The position numbers and the translations under genes are program-made. A stretch of DNA of 64,000 nucleotides. Origin: an uncultured Bacilli bacterium. GTDB taxonomy: Bacteria > Bacillota_I > Bacilli_A > RF39 > UBA660. Position 1 is the first letter of the stretch, and every line of letters begins with the position of its first letter. Of the stretch, positions 47,257 through 57,386 are shown in pieces. The notes under the pieces are model-generated. The model ran no database searches. It was not told where the DNA came from and saw nothing but the letters and a program-made list of their open reading frames with translations. The stretch is from the NCBI GenBank assembly GCA_947588685.1, contig CANPYM010000002.1, positions 25,964 to 89,963 of the forward strand, written 5' to 3'.

Positions 47257-47364
47257 TTGTTAATAATGCCTTAAAAAATGTCAGACGTTAACACTTGCTA
47301 GACGTTATAATCTTGCCTATTTACTAACTCTATGTTATCATTATTACAATAGGGTAGTGGTGTG

Positions 47365-50028
47365 ATGAACAAAGATTTTCAACTGATGACTGAGGAAGAA
47401 ATTCTTCAAAGTTTAAAAACAAATATTACTGGTCTAACCGATAATGAAGCGAGTGAAAGACTGTTTTCTTATGGATTTAATGAACTACCTAAAAAGAAAA
47501 AAGATGGTATCATTAAAATCTTTTTTATGCAATTTTTAAATGCCATTACAATGATTATGATTGCGGCCGCTGTTTTATCTTTTCTAATTCATGAATATAC
47601 TGATGCGATAGCCATTATTTTTATCATTATGGCGGATGCGATTATGGGTACTATTCAAGAATGGCGCGCTAATAAAAGTGCGGAAGCTTTAGCTAATATG
47701 ATTCGGATGAAAACAACCGTCTTAAGAAGTGGTAAGGAAGAAGAGATTGATGCTGCTTATTTAACTTTAGGTGATATTGTATCTTTGCAATCCGGAGATA
47801 AAGTACCAGCTGATGGTCGTATTTTAGAGTGTAATAATTTAACGATTGACGAATCTGTTTTAACGGGTGAATCTTTAGCTAGCAATAAAACTGATGATAT
47901 CCCCCTTGAGGTAAAACCAGTGAGTGATGCTAAAAATATGTTATATGCAGGTACTAGTATCTTAACTGGTCGGGCAAAAGCCGTTATCATCGCAACTGGA
48001 GCGAATACCGAAATTGGTAAAATTGCTTCTAAAGTTATTAATACGGAAGATACGCCATCGCCACTTACTATTAGAATGAACAAGTTTACAAAACAAATTA
48101 GTATTTTAATAGTTATTATTGCCGTTTTATTAATCTTTCTTCTTTTAGGTAAAGATTATACTTTAGATGAGATTTTTATGTCTGTGGTTGGTCTTGCTGT
48201 CTCAGCTATGCCAGAAGGGCTTCCTTTAGCTTTAACGCTTGCTTTGACAATTGGATCAAGTCGGATGGGCCGTCGTAATGTTATTGTCAAAAAGTTAAAT
48301 GCTGTTGAATCTCTTGGTAGTTGTACTGTTATCGCTAGTGATAAAACAGGGACTTTAACGGTAAATGAGCAAACAGCTAAAAAGATTGTCTTACCTAGTG
48401 GGGATACCTTTGAAGTCTCCGGAACGGGGTATAATGATACGGGTAAAATTATGGGACCCCAAGCTTTAATGCCCCAAGCTTTAACGCTTGCTAAATTAGG
48501 TTATTTAAATAATGAAGCTGGTCTTACTTATGAAGATAATATGTGGCTTAGTTATGGTGATAGTATTGATGTTGCTTTCTTAGCTTTAGGAAAAAAGGCA
48601 CATCTAAACCTTGATAACTATCAGAAATTAGGGGGCATCCCTTATGAGTCTGAGAATAAGTATTCGGCTATTTATTTTCAAAATAATGATGATGTTATGT
48701 GTACCGTCAAAGGCTCTTTAGAAACAGTTTTTACTTTTTGTGATAAGATGCTTGTTGGAAACCAAGTTGTCCCACTTGATAAAGATGTCATTTTAAAACA
48801 AAATGAGGCTTTAGCTCGTGATGGATACCGGGTTATTGCTTTAGCCGCTAATCAAGCTAAATCTTTTTCAAAGAAAGCTAATTATACAGAGGATGATATC
48901 CCATCACTTGTTTTCTTTGGCCTTGTTGCTTTTATTGATCCTATTAGGGAAGAAGCTAAAGCTTCAATTAAAAAATGTAAGAAAGCCGGTATTAGAGTTG
49001 TTATGGTAACGGGTGATCACCCCCTAACAGCTTATAGTATTGCTAGAGATTTAGGATTAACAAATACTTATGATGAAGTAGCAACCGGCGATGATATTGC
49101 TGAAGCCTTAGCGCTTGGTCATGATAGTTTTGATAAATATGTAAATACTAAAAGAGTATTTACGCGTGTAACACCTCTTCAAAAACTTGAAATTATTGAA
49201 GCTTATAAACGAAATGGTGAGTTTGTCGCTGTAACCGGTGATGGCGTAAACGATGCTCCTGCTATTAAAGCTGCTAACATTGGTATTGCGATGGGAAGTG
49301 GTTCTGATGTTGCGAAAGAAACAAGTAATATGATTATTATTGATGATAATTTTATGTCGATTGTATCGGGTATTGAAGAAGGACGTAATGCCTATGCTAA
49401 TATCCGTAAGGTTGTTTATATGTTAGTATCGTGTGGTTTAGCGGAAGTATTATTCTTTAGCTTATCCATTTTATTAGGTTTACCAATGCCCCTAGTAGCT
49501 GTCCAATTATTGTGGCTTAACCTTGTTACGGATGGTTTACAAGATCTTGCTTTATCCTTTGAGAAAGAAGAAGAGGATACAATGAATGAAAAACCTCGTA
49601 GTCCAAGTGAACCATTATTTGATAAATTGTTAATTCAAGAAATAGCTGTATCAGGATTATTCATTGGCCTTATTGTTTTCCTTGTTTGGTTCATCTTATT
49701 AAAAGAATTCAATATGGACACGACTCTAGCAAGAGGTTATATTATGGCTCTTATGGTATTTATGCAAAATATTCATGTCTTTAATTGCCGCAGTGAGAAA
49801 AAATCTACTTTCAAAATTAGTTTAGCTAGTAACTGGTTTGTATCTATCGCTGTTTTCTCATCAATCGGTTTACAGATATTAATTATGGAGGTACCATTCT
49901 TAAGCCATTTCTTAAGTACAGAAAGTATTCCGGTTAACCATTTAATTTTACTATTACTAGCGGCTTTACCAATTTTAGTAGTAATGGAATTATTTAAATT
50001 ATTAAAAAGATCCAAAGAGGCATCATAA
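47365..50028 (+). CDS. cation-transporting P-type ATPase (Ca2+-ATPase-like, type IIA)
   Basis: DKTGTLT, TGDGVNDAPAIK, TGES motifs; ~10 TM. Confidence 0.9.
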   Translation: MNKDFQLMTEEEILQSLKTNITGLTDNEASERLFSYGFNELPKKKKDGIIKIFFMQFLNAITMIMIAAAVLSFLIHEYTDAIAIIFIIMADAIMGTIQEWRANKSAEALANMIRMKTTVLRSGKEEEIDAAYLTLGDIVSLQSGDKVPADGRILECNNLTIDESVLTGESLASNKTDDIPLEVKPVSDAKNMLYAGTSILTGRAKAVIIATGANTEIGKIASKVINTEDTPSPLTIRMNKFTKQISILIVIIAVLLIFLLLGKDYTLDEIFMSVVGLAVSAMPEGLPLALTLALTIGSSRMGRRNVIVKKLNAVESLGSCTVIASDKTGTLTVNEQTAKKIVLPSGDTFEVSGTGYNDTGKIMGPQALMPQALTLAKLGYLNNEAGLTYEDNMWLSYGDSIDVAFLALGKKAHLNLDNYQKLGGIPYESENKYSAIYFQNNDDVMCTVKGSLETVFTFCDKMLVGNQVVPLDKDVILKQNEALARDGYRVIALAANQAKSFSKKANYTEDDIPSLVFFGLVAFIDPIREEAKASIKKCKKAGIRVVMVTGDHPLTAYSIARDLGLTNTYDEVATGDDIAEALALGHDSFDKYVNTKRVFTRVTPLQKLEIIEAYKRNGEFVAVTGDGVNDAPAIKAANIGIAMGSGSDVAKETSNMIIIDDNFMSIVSGIEEGRNAYANIRKVVYMLVSCGLAEVLFFSLSILLGLPMPLVAVQLLWLNLVTDGLQDLALSFEKEEEDTMNEKPRSPSEPLFDKLLIQEIAVSGLFIGLIVFLVWFILLKEFNMDTTLARGYIMALMVFMQNIHVFNCRSEKKSTFKISLASNWFVSIAVFSSIGLQILIMEVPFLSHFLSTESIPVNHLILLLLAALPILVVMELFKLLKRSKEAS

Positions 50029-50799
50029 ATGTTTGATATTGAAGATTTTGTAATTGTTAATCGTGGTTTGAAACGAGAGGTAAATCAAGATAATATCTAT
50101 GTGAATGGCTTTAGTTTACCACTTCATAATGATGGCTTTGATAATTATCAAAAAAAGATAAATAGTTCCTCAAATAAACTTATTTATGGCGTGTTTGATG
50201 GGGTTGGTGGCTTAATTAAAGGGGAAGATTCTTCTTTTAAAGCGACCCATAATATCAATTTCAAAAAAGATATACCTTCTTTTTTGAAAGAGGCGAATTA
50301 CGCTATTATAAAAAATAATCAAGAAGAAAAAATTAAAAGTGGTTCGACTGCATCTATTATAATGATTAAAGGAAATAAACTGGCAACTTACGAAGTTGGT
50401 GATAGTCCCATCCTTATTTATTCTAAAGGGCATCTAAAAAAAGTGGTGGATGAAAAAAATCCTAAATTGCTTAATAATTATTTAGGTAAAGATGAAAAGC
50501 TTAAAATAACAACGAATTTTTATCGCCTTCATCACAATGATCGCATTGTTATATGTTCTGATGGCCTTACTAATAATGTTTTAGAAGAAGATATTTTAAA
50601 GGTTATTAGTTCCAGTAAAGATGCATCATATATAACTAAAAAGCTTTTAAACTTAGCTTTACTAAATGGTGGGAATGATAATATTTCAATTATTACACTT
50701 GTCGTTAAAAGAAATTACTATATGCTTGTTTTGTTTAGTATTATGCTTCTTTTAATACTTATCATTATTATACAAGTTATTATTCTTCTTTCGATTTAA
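50029..50799 (+). CDS. PP2C-family Ser/Thr protein phosphatase with C-terminal TM
   Basis: GVFDGVGG, ICSDGLT, GGNDNISI; C-terminal hydrophobic tail. Confidence 0.7.
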   Translation: MFDIEDFVIVNRGLKREVNQDNIYVNGFSLPLHNDGFDNYQKKINSSSNKLIYGVFDGVGGLIKGEDSSFKATHNINFKKDIPSFLKEANYAIIKNNQEEKIKSGSTASIIMIKGNKLATYEVGDSPILIYSKGHLKKVVDEKNPKLLNNYLGKDEKLKITTNFYRLHHNDRIVICSDGLTNNVLEEDILKVISSSKDASYITKKLLNLALLNGGNDNISIITLVVKRNYYMLVLFSIMLLLILIIIIQVIILLSI

Positions 50800-50884
50800 T
50801 TAAATGTAGATTTGAGTATCGGATTTTTCTGGGTATTAAATTATAAAAGAATTAAAAAGGAAAATAAGAAAAGGAGTGAGAATT

Positions 50885-51445
50885 ATGAAAGAAAAAATTG
50901 TGTTGAAAAGTGTGAATCCTGAAGAATATGGTGATATCGAAGTTGAATGTCGCGTTTTAGAAAGAGCTGACATACCAGCTTATATCGATACCATTCCGGA
51001 CACGGAAAAGTTTATGGGTGTTAAAGTAGCGCCTGTTGCGGCTAGACTTGCTACCCCAGGGGAAGTAATTCATACCACGCTTACAACCGAAATTGGTGGT
51101 AGATTATATATGTTATCTGAAGAATCTAATACAGCTAGAGAAGGGGATTATGTTGTTACTAATGTTGGTAGTACTTCTAACGAACAATATATTGTTCGTG
51201 GAGAGAAGTTTGCAAAAACATATGAAGCTAATGCTGATGGAACTTTTACCCCTGTTCCTGATCCTAGAATGTTAACAAGAGTGCCTGAAAATATTATGTT
51301 TACAACATCTTGGGGTGCTCCAGCTATATGTTTAGCTGGATCATACCTTGTTACTTATGGTCCAACATCATTTAATACGCTTGAAAAAGATGCTTATGCT
51401 AAAACATATAAACCTTATGTTCCAACTGTTCCACAAAAAAGCTAA
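50885..51445 (+). CDS. hypothetical protein
   Basis: AAGGAG RBS + ATG 50885. Confidence 0.4.
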   Translation: MKEKIVLKSVNPEEYGDIEVECRVLERADIPAYIDTIPDTEKFMGVKVAPVAARLATPGEVIHTTLTTEIGGRLYMLSEESNTAREGDYVVTNVGSTSNEQYIVRGEKFAKTYEANADGTFTPVPDPRMLTRVPENIMFTTSWGAPAICLAGSYLVTYGPTSFNTLEKDAYAKTYKPYVPTVPQKS

Positions 51446-51537
51446 TAGTCTAATCTATTAGCTTTCTTTTGGCATAGACATTCGTACATTCCTCTTTAGG
51501 GTTTTATCATATTATAGATTAGATAAGGAGGATTTGT

Positions 51538-51813
51538 ATGTTTAATCGAAATTGCTGTCAAAAAAATAATATGTTTAGATGTGGTTGTGGGGAAAGAGAA
51601 GTAGCTAATCAAGTTATTGAACCAACAATAACTAAATGTGTTCAAAAAGATTTCTACCATGAGGTACCCCATATTTGTCCAATTCATACGCATGTAATTA
51701 ATCGTCATATTTATAATCATACTTATACACCACAATATACTTGTTCTGAGGAAAACCAAGTTGTTAACAACGATTGTGGAAAATGTAGTGGCTTTATGAA
51801 TCAACGCTACTAA
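51538..51813 (+). CDS. CotD-like His/Cys-rich small protein (spore coat protein D family-like)
   Basis: HEVPHICPIHTHVINRHIYNHTYTP...CGKCSG pattern; RBS AAGGAGGA. Confidence 0.5.
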   Translation: MFNRNCCQKNNMFRCGCGEREVANQVIEPTITKCVQKDFYHEVPHICPIHTHVINRHIYNHTYTPQYTCSEENQVVNNDCGKCSGFMNQRY

Positions 51814-51863
51814 GGTGTTTGGCGACAAATACCTTTTTTATGTATAAAAAAAGGGTTACCCCT

Positions 51864-52820
51864 TTAATTATTTTCAATATAGTAAGCATAGTATTCATCA
51901 AAAGTAATGTTGCTATCATGAATAATGGTAGCGGCATCAACACCAACATAACGATAATGCCATGACTCATAGGTATATCCCGTTATGTTTTCTTTTTCAT
52001 TTGGATATCTTAAAATAAAGCCAAAATTGTGTGCATTATTTTGAAGCCAACTAAAGGCATCAGTGCTTTCAAACTGAGATCCGGTTACACCATAAGTTGT
52101 AATGTCAACCGAAAGACCGGTTTGATGTTCTGAATGTCCGGGACGCGCGGCAACACCATCTGTATACGCTTGACCATGGTTTTTTAAATATTGGTTATAG
52201 ACTTCTTCTTGTTCTTTATAAGAACGATAAGCCGAATTAATAATTAGCGTTATACCTTCCTCTTTAGCGGCATTAAACATATCGATAAAAGCGTTATAAG
52301 CTTCATCTCTTAATTTAACATTGGTGCCGTAAGCATACCAGTTTTTAACATCAACTAAATCTTCTGGTTCATAATCACTAGGTAGTTTATAAAATTTATT
52401 GTTAATCATTAAAATATCTTTACTTAAATCGGTATCTTTAATATGACTATACCATTCTTCGTTAGCGCCAGCATTAACCATTGTAACAACCTCATTTGAT
52501 GAGGCATTTAAGTGATCATTATAGTATTTAACATAATCTTTAAGTTTATTTTTTATATAATAACCTTCCGTAATGATATCAATGTAGACTCTATCATACT
52601 CTTCCTCGAGTAAACTATTCATAAAATCTTCATCAGTTTTCTTTTGTAATAAAGAAACTTCTTCTTTGTTATATCCTTGTTGTAATAGTTTGTATTCAAT
52701 TGTTTTACGATAGTTTAATTCATTAACCGTTTTAACAATGAAAATGATAAGGACAATTAGTAATATAATTGAACATACTAAAACGATTACGGGTTTCTTT
52801 TTTAATTTTCTTCCTTTCAT
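51864..52820 (-). CDS. D-alanyl-D-alanine carboxypeptidase, M15B (VanY-like), membrane anchored
   Basis: SAYRSY..Q, GHSEHQTGLSVDI, SWHYRY motifs. Confidence 0.8.
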   Translation of the reverse strand: MKGRKLKKKPVIVLVCSIILLIVLIIFIVKTVNELNYRKTIEYKLLQQGYNKEEVSLLQKKTDEDFMNSLLEEEYDRVYIDIITEGYYIKNKLKDYVKYYNDHLNASSNEVVTMVNAGANEEWYSHIKDTDLSKDILMINNKFYKLPSDYEPEDLVDVKNWYAYGTNVKLRDEAYNAFIDMFNAAKEEGITLIINSAYRSYKEQEEVYNQYLKNHGQAYTDGVAARPGHSEHQTGLSVDITTYGVTGSQFESTDAFSWLQNNAHNFGFILRYPNEKENITGYTYESWHYRYVGVDAATIIHDSNITFDEYYAYYIENN

Positions 52821-52933
52821 AGTATCCTCCGTTATTTTTATTATACCTCAAAAACCTTAAAAATAATACATAAATTAAAGGATGGGTTAGTTATAAACCA
52901 AGGATATTTTCATATATATTATTAGAGGTGGAT

Positions 52934-54091
52934 ATGAAAAAAATCTTGTTTTTATTTATTTGTTTATTTTTATTTATAGGTAGTGCTTTAGCAAAAGAAG
53001 ATAATTCTTTATCGCCCAAAGCTAAAAGTGCGATTATTATGGAAGCGGATAGTGGGGAAGTTTTATATCAATATAATGCCCTTGCCAAATTAGCACCCGC
53101 TTCGATGACCAAAATGATGAGCTTAGTTTTAATTATGGAAGCGATTGATAAAGGCGTTATTAAATATGATGAGATGGTTACCGTAAGTAAGAATGCTTCT
53201 GATATGGGTGGATCACAAATATTACTTGAAACCGGTGAACAGATGAGCGTTGATGATCTTCTTAAAGGAATTACGGTAGCGAGTGGGAATGATGCGGTTG
53301 TCGCGCTTGCAGAAAAAATTGCTGGTACCGAAGATAATTTTGTTAAAATGATGAATGATAAAGCTAAAGAGTTGGGTTTAAAAAACACTAACTTTAAAAA
53401 TTGTCATGGACTGGACGCTAAAGATCATTATTCAAGTGCTTATGATATGGCTATTATTGCCAAAGAATTAGTTAAACATCAAAAAATATTAGATTATAGT
53501 TCCATCTATGAAACATACTTAAGAAAGGGAACTGATAAACAGACTTGGCTTGTTAACACCAATAAATTAGTGCGTTTCAAGCAAGGCGTTGATGGCTTAA
53601 AAACCGGCTATACAGCGGCATCTGGCTATTGCCTTACTGCAACTATGAAAAAAGATAATATGCGGATTATTGCCGTTACGATGGGTGAACCTAGTAGTGA
53701 CGTGAGAAATGATGAAGTAAGTGGAATGTTAGATTATGCTTTTGCGCAATATGCGATGAATACCCTTTATAATAAAGGAACTATTGTTGATAATATTAAA
53801 TTAGAAAAATCTGATATGGAAAATGTTGATGTCGTTCCTTTAGAAGATGCTAAAGTATTATATAAGAAAACGGATGGCAAGAAAGATATTCAAACCGAAA
53901 TTAAATATGATAAAATCAAAAAAGAAATAAAGGTTGGTGATGTGATCGGTGAACTTATCTTAAAAGATGGAGATAAGAAGATAAAAAGTGTTCCTTTAAC
54001 GGTTAATAAAAATGTTGGTAAAGCTAGTTTTATAGATTTACTTATACGGTATTTTAAAGATATGATTACAGGTAATATCAAAATAAATTAA
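52934..54091 (+). CDS. dacA: serine-type D-Ala-D-Ala carboxypeptidase (PBP5 family)
   Basis: Signal peptide. SMTK (SxxK), SGN, KTG motifs. Confidence 0.85.
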   Translation: MKKILFLFICLFLFIGSALAKEDNSLSPKAKSAIIMEADSGEVLYQYNALAKLAPASMTKMMSLVLIMEAIDKGVIKYDEMVTVSKNASDMGGSQILLETGEQMSVDDLLKGITVASGNDAVVALAEKIAGTEDNFVKMMNDKAKELGLKNTNFKNCHGLDAKDHYSSAYDMAIIAKELVKHQKILDYSSIYETYLRKGTDKQTWLVNTNKLVRFKQGVDGLKTGYTAASGYCLTATMKKDNMRIIAVTMGEPSSDVRNDEVSGMLDYAFAQYAMNTLYNKGTIVDNIKLEKSDMENVDVVPLEDAKVLYKKTDGKKDIQTEIKYDKIKKEIKVGDVIGELILKDGDKKIKSVPLTVNKNVGKASFIDLLIRYFKDMITGNIKIN

Positions 54092-54144
54092 CTCTTTTTA
54101 TTTACCATTAGTTATGATATAATTATCGTAATGAAGGTGGATAT

Positions 54145-54831
54145 ATGCAAAGTAAACGAAAGAAAAGACGTGTTAAAAGAATTGTAACATTAGTTATTGT
54201 CTTATTAATTTTAGGTGGTTTTGGATTTGCTGGTTATAAAGTTTATGATATGATTAAAACGCATATTGAGGAAGAAAAGAATGCTTGGAAGATTGAAATA
54301 ATCACCGAATCGGTTAATGTTAGAAATGATCATAATGCTATTGCTCCCCACTATGGTAAAGCTTATAAGGGTGAAGTTTTTAAAGTCGTTGAAACATATC
54401 GCGATGATAAAAAGTTTGTCTGGTATAAGGTTAAGTTCCGTGGCGATATGGAAGCTTGGATAGCGAGTGATCGAAATAATCCTTATGTTAAAGAGATAAA
54501 TAATAAAGAAATTGAAGAGGCCGAAGAGTCATCGGAACATCCTTTTGAATATGTGAAACCGGATGTTAAATTCTTCTCTGAAGATTATTATGTCAAAGAC
54601 ATTAATAGTATTACCACGGATCATTTAGATATTTATGATGATTCGGATTATACGATTAAATATGAAGTCTATTATGAAGAAAAACCACTCGACCGGGATG
54701 AACCACAATATTGGATTCAATGGGTTGTTACTGATGAGTTTGGCAATACAACAAAGAAAGTACAAAGAATAATTTTTGAGGTCGAACCCCAAAAGGGAAC
54801 GGTTAAAGATTTTAAAAAGATGAAAAGATAA
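54145..54831 (+). CDS. hypothetical membrane-anchored protein
   Basis: N-terminal TM after a KRKKRRVKR stretch. Confidence 0.45.
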   Translation: MQSKRKKRRVKRIVTLVIVLLILGGFGFAGYKVYDMIKTHIEEEKNAWKIEIITESVNVRNDHNAIAPHYGKAYKGEVFKVVETYRDDKKFVWYKVKFRGDMEAWIASDRNNPYVKEINNKEIEEAEESSEHPFEYVKPDVKFFSEDYYVKDINSITTDHLDIYDDSDYTIKYEVYYEEKPLDRDEPQYWIQWVVTDEFGNTTKKVQRIIFEVEPQKGTVKDFKKMKR

Positions 54832-54854
54832 CTAGGGTTAGTTATCTTTTTAAA

Positions 54855-54883
54855 TTGACTTTCTAATTCTTTGATGATAGAAT
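54855..54883 (+). promoter_or_regulatory. promoter TTGACT-17-TAGAAT
   Basis: TTGACT at 54855-54860; TAGAAT at 54878-54883. Confidence 0.45.
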
Positions 54884-54909
54884 GATGATGTTTGATAAGG
54901 AGTGGGAAA

Positions 54910-54999
54910 ATGAAGTTATCAAGAAATCATTTACAACGCTTAAAGGTAGTTTGTCTAAATAGGGAATTACTCATTTCCCATTTTAACCATAGATTGTAG
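54910..54999 (+). CDS. 29-aa leader sORF (MKLSRNHLQRLKVVCLNRELLISHFNHRL)
   Basis: AAGGAG at 54898-54903 with 6-nt spacing. The stop codon lies inside the following hairpin. Confidence 0.4.
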   Translation: MKLSRNHLQRLKVVCLNRELLISHFNHRL

Positions 55000-55022
55000 C
55001 TACCTTTAGGTAGCTATTTTTT
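54996..55022 (+). terminator. hairpin + T6 (candidate attenuator) between sORF and ABC exporter
   Basis: TAGCTACC-TTT-AGGTAGCTA followed by TTTTTT, abutting the exporter RBS GGAGGTG. Confidence 0.45.
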
Positions 55023-55035
55023 ATGGAGGTGAATT

Positions 55036-56763
55036 ATGAAAGGATTAAAAGAATTTAAACCTTTAGTCAAACTGATTAAAGAAGAAAAAGTTAAAATTAT
55101 TATTGCTAGTATATGTATTTTCGCATCCGGCATTTGTGAAATATTCACCGGCTACTTAAATGGTGCGGCTATTGATGCCCTAACCGTTGGTGATGTTAAA
55201 AAATCGATTTTATATCTACTAGCTTATTTACTCTTGTCGGTAACAATGGGGTGCTTTTTACTTTATATCGCTAATGCTATTTTACATAAAGCCGAAAGTT
55301 CTCTAACGCGTAAATTGGGTTATTTTACTTATAAAAAATCCCTTAATCTTCCGGCCGTTGCTTTCGAACAAAAATCAAGTGGAGAGATTATTAACCGGAT
55401 TACCAATGATGCTGATTCTTTAAGTTTTTCCTTTGGTAGGCTTTTAGATGTTGTCTCATATCTTGTTGGATCCGTTTTAATCGGTATATACGTTTTCTTT
55501 AATTCATGGATTGTTGGTGTTGAAATATTATTTTTTGTTCTTATTCTTTTCTTTGTTTTAAAACATTATAATCCATTACTTAAAAATATTCATAAGGAAA
55601 GAAAACAGGAACAAGATCATTTTACATCGTTAGTTACAGAATCGATTCGGGGTATTAGAGAGATAAAAACACTCGGTATTAAAAATAGTTTACTAGTTGA
55701 TATGCGAACTATTATCCACCGCATTTATGATAAGTCAACGAAAGAAATTGATATTAATAAAGAGTTTGAAATTGTCTCACGTTTACTTAAGTCATTATTA
55801 GAAGTTGGCGTCTTTATTACCTGCGCTATTTTGGTTTATACAGGTGAAGTAACATTTACTTTCTTTATTGCTATGACTTATTATATTTATCGTTATACGT
55901 GGTTTTTGGAAAGTATGACGGATTTAAGTCAAACTTATCAAAAATTGGTTGTCTCTTTAGGCCGCGTTAATGAAATATTAGAAAATCGTCTATATGAAGA
56001 TGACGCTTTTGGCGATAAGATAATCAAAGATATCAAAGGAGTAATTGAGTTTAAAGATGTCACTTTCTCTTATCCTGATGAAGAGGTTACCCTAGAAAAC
56101 TTCAATCTAAAATTAGAACCTAAAAAGAAAATTGCTATTGTCGGTAAATCGGGTCAAGGTAAATCAACTCTTTTCAACTTAATAACTAGGATATTTGATC
56201 CAACATCCGGTCAGATTTTATTAGATGATATTGACCTAAAAGATTTAAGTGAAGACGAATTGCGTAAGCAAATATCGATTATTCGGCAAGAACCATTTAT
56301 TTTTAATCGAACGATTAAAGAAAACTTTGAATTAATCAAGCCGGATATAACGATTGATGAAATAAGAAAGTATACCAAAATGGCTTATTTAGACGATTAT
56401 ATTATGTCTTTGCCTAAGCAATATGATACGATTTTAGGCGAAGGGGGCGTTAACTTATCCGGTGGTCAAAAACAACGATTATCAATTGCTAGAACCTTAT
56501 CAAAACAAAGTCGGGTCATCCTTTTTGATGAAGCGACAAGTGCCCTTGATAACGATTCTCAAAACTATATTAAACGGGCCATTGATGATTTAGTAAAAGA
56601 CCATACCGTCATTATTGTTGCTCATCGTCTATCAACAATTATTGATGCCGATGTTATCCATGTTGTCGATGGGGGACGTGTCATTGCTTCTGGTACCCAC
56701 GAACAGTTACTTGATGAAAGCCCAATCTATAAAACATTATATGAAACGGAAGCATTAAATTAA
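55036..56763 (+). CDS. ABC transporter permease/ATP-binding fusion protein (MsbA/BmrCD-like exporter half-transporter)
   Basis: Six TM + NBD with GKSGQGKST Walker A and LSGGQKQR signature. Confidence 0.85.
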   Translation: MKGLKEFKPLVKLIKEEKVKIIIASICIFASGICEIFTGYLNGAAIDALTVGDVKKSILYLLAYLLLSVTMGCFLLYIANAILHKAESSLTRKLGYFTYKKSLNLPAVAFEQKSSGEIINRITNDADSLSFSFGRLLDVVSYLVGSVLIGIYVFFNSWIVGVEILFFVLILFFVLKHYNPLLKNIHKERKQEQDHFTSLVTESIRGIREIKTLGIKNSLLVDMRTIIHRIYDKSTKEIDINKEFEIVSRLLKSLLEVGVFITCAILVYTGEVTFTFFIAMTYYIYRYTWFLESMTDLSQTYQKLVVSLGRVNEILENRLYEDDAFGDKIIKDIKGVIEFKDVTFSYPDEEVTLENFNLKLEPKKKIAIVGKSGQGKSTLFNLITRIFDPTSGQILLDDIDLKDLSEDELRKQISIIRQEPFIFNRTIKENFELIKPDITIDEIRKYTKMAYLDDYIMSLPKQYDTILGEGGVNLSGGQKQRLSIARTLSKQSRVILFDEATSALDNDSQNYIKRAIDDLVKDHTVIIVAHRLSTIIDADVIHVVDGGRVIASGTHEQLLDESPIYKTLYETEALN

Positions 56764-56864
56764 TTTAAGAAAGTAGCTTTTTACTTTCTTTTTTCTTGTC
56801 TAACATTATTGATAAATATACTTTTATATGATAGAATTATAGTATATAGGGTAGAGGATGATTT

Positions 56865-57386
56865 ATGGATAAGTATGTTCCTGATATCTATCAAAAAGAT
56901 ATATACACAATCAATTATGATCAGTTATATGCTCGGGGCATTAGATGCCTCTTGTTTGACCTAGATAATACGCTTGTCCCTATAGATGTAAAAACACCAC
57001 CAAAGGAAGTAAAAGACCTTTTTGATTCTTTAAAAGCGAAAGGCTTTAAAATCATTCTTTTTTCTAATAGTTTAAAGAAACGTTTACGTCCTTTTAAAAA
57101 TGGTTTAGAAGTTGATTGTTGTCCGATGGCCTGTAAACCACATCCTCGAAAATTCTTATCAATTATTAAGGTTTACAATCTAAAATTTAGTGAAGTGGCT
57201 ATTATCGGCGATTCAATAACCGATGATGTTTATGGTGGGAATAATGTTGGTATTACAACAATTTTAATTGAGCAGTTAGCGCCTAAAGAATTTTTCTTTG
57301 CTAAACTAAGAAGGAAAAGGGAAAAGAAAATATTAAAACGTTTACGTTTACAAAACCTTTTCACTAAAGGAAGATACTATGAGTAA
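56865..57386 (+). CDS. yqeG: YqeG family HAD-IIIA phosphatase
   Basis: LLFDLDNTLVP; conserved partner upstream of yqeH. Confidence 0.7.
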   Translation: MDKYVPDIYQKDIYTINYDQLYARGIRCLLFDLDNTLVPIDVKTPPKEVKDLFDSLKAKGFKIILFSNSLKKRLRPFKNGLEVDCCPMACKPHPRKFLSIIKVYNLKFSEVAIIGDSITDDVYGGNNVGITTILIEQLAPKEFFFAKLRRKREKKILKRLRLQNLFTKGRYYE

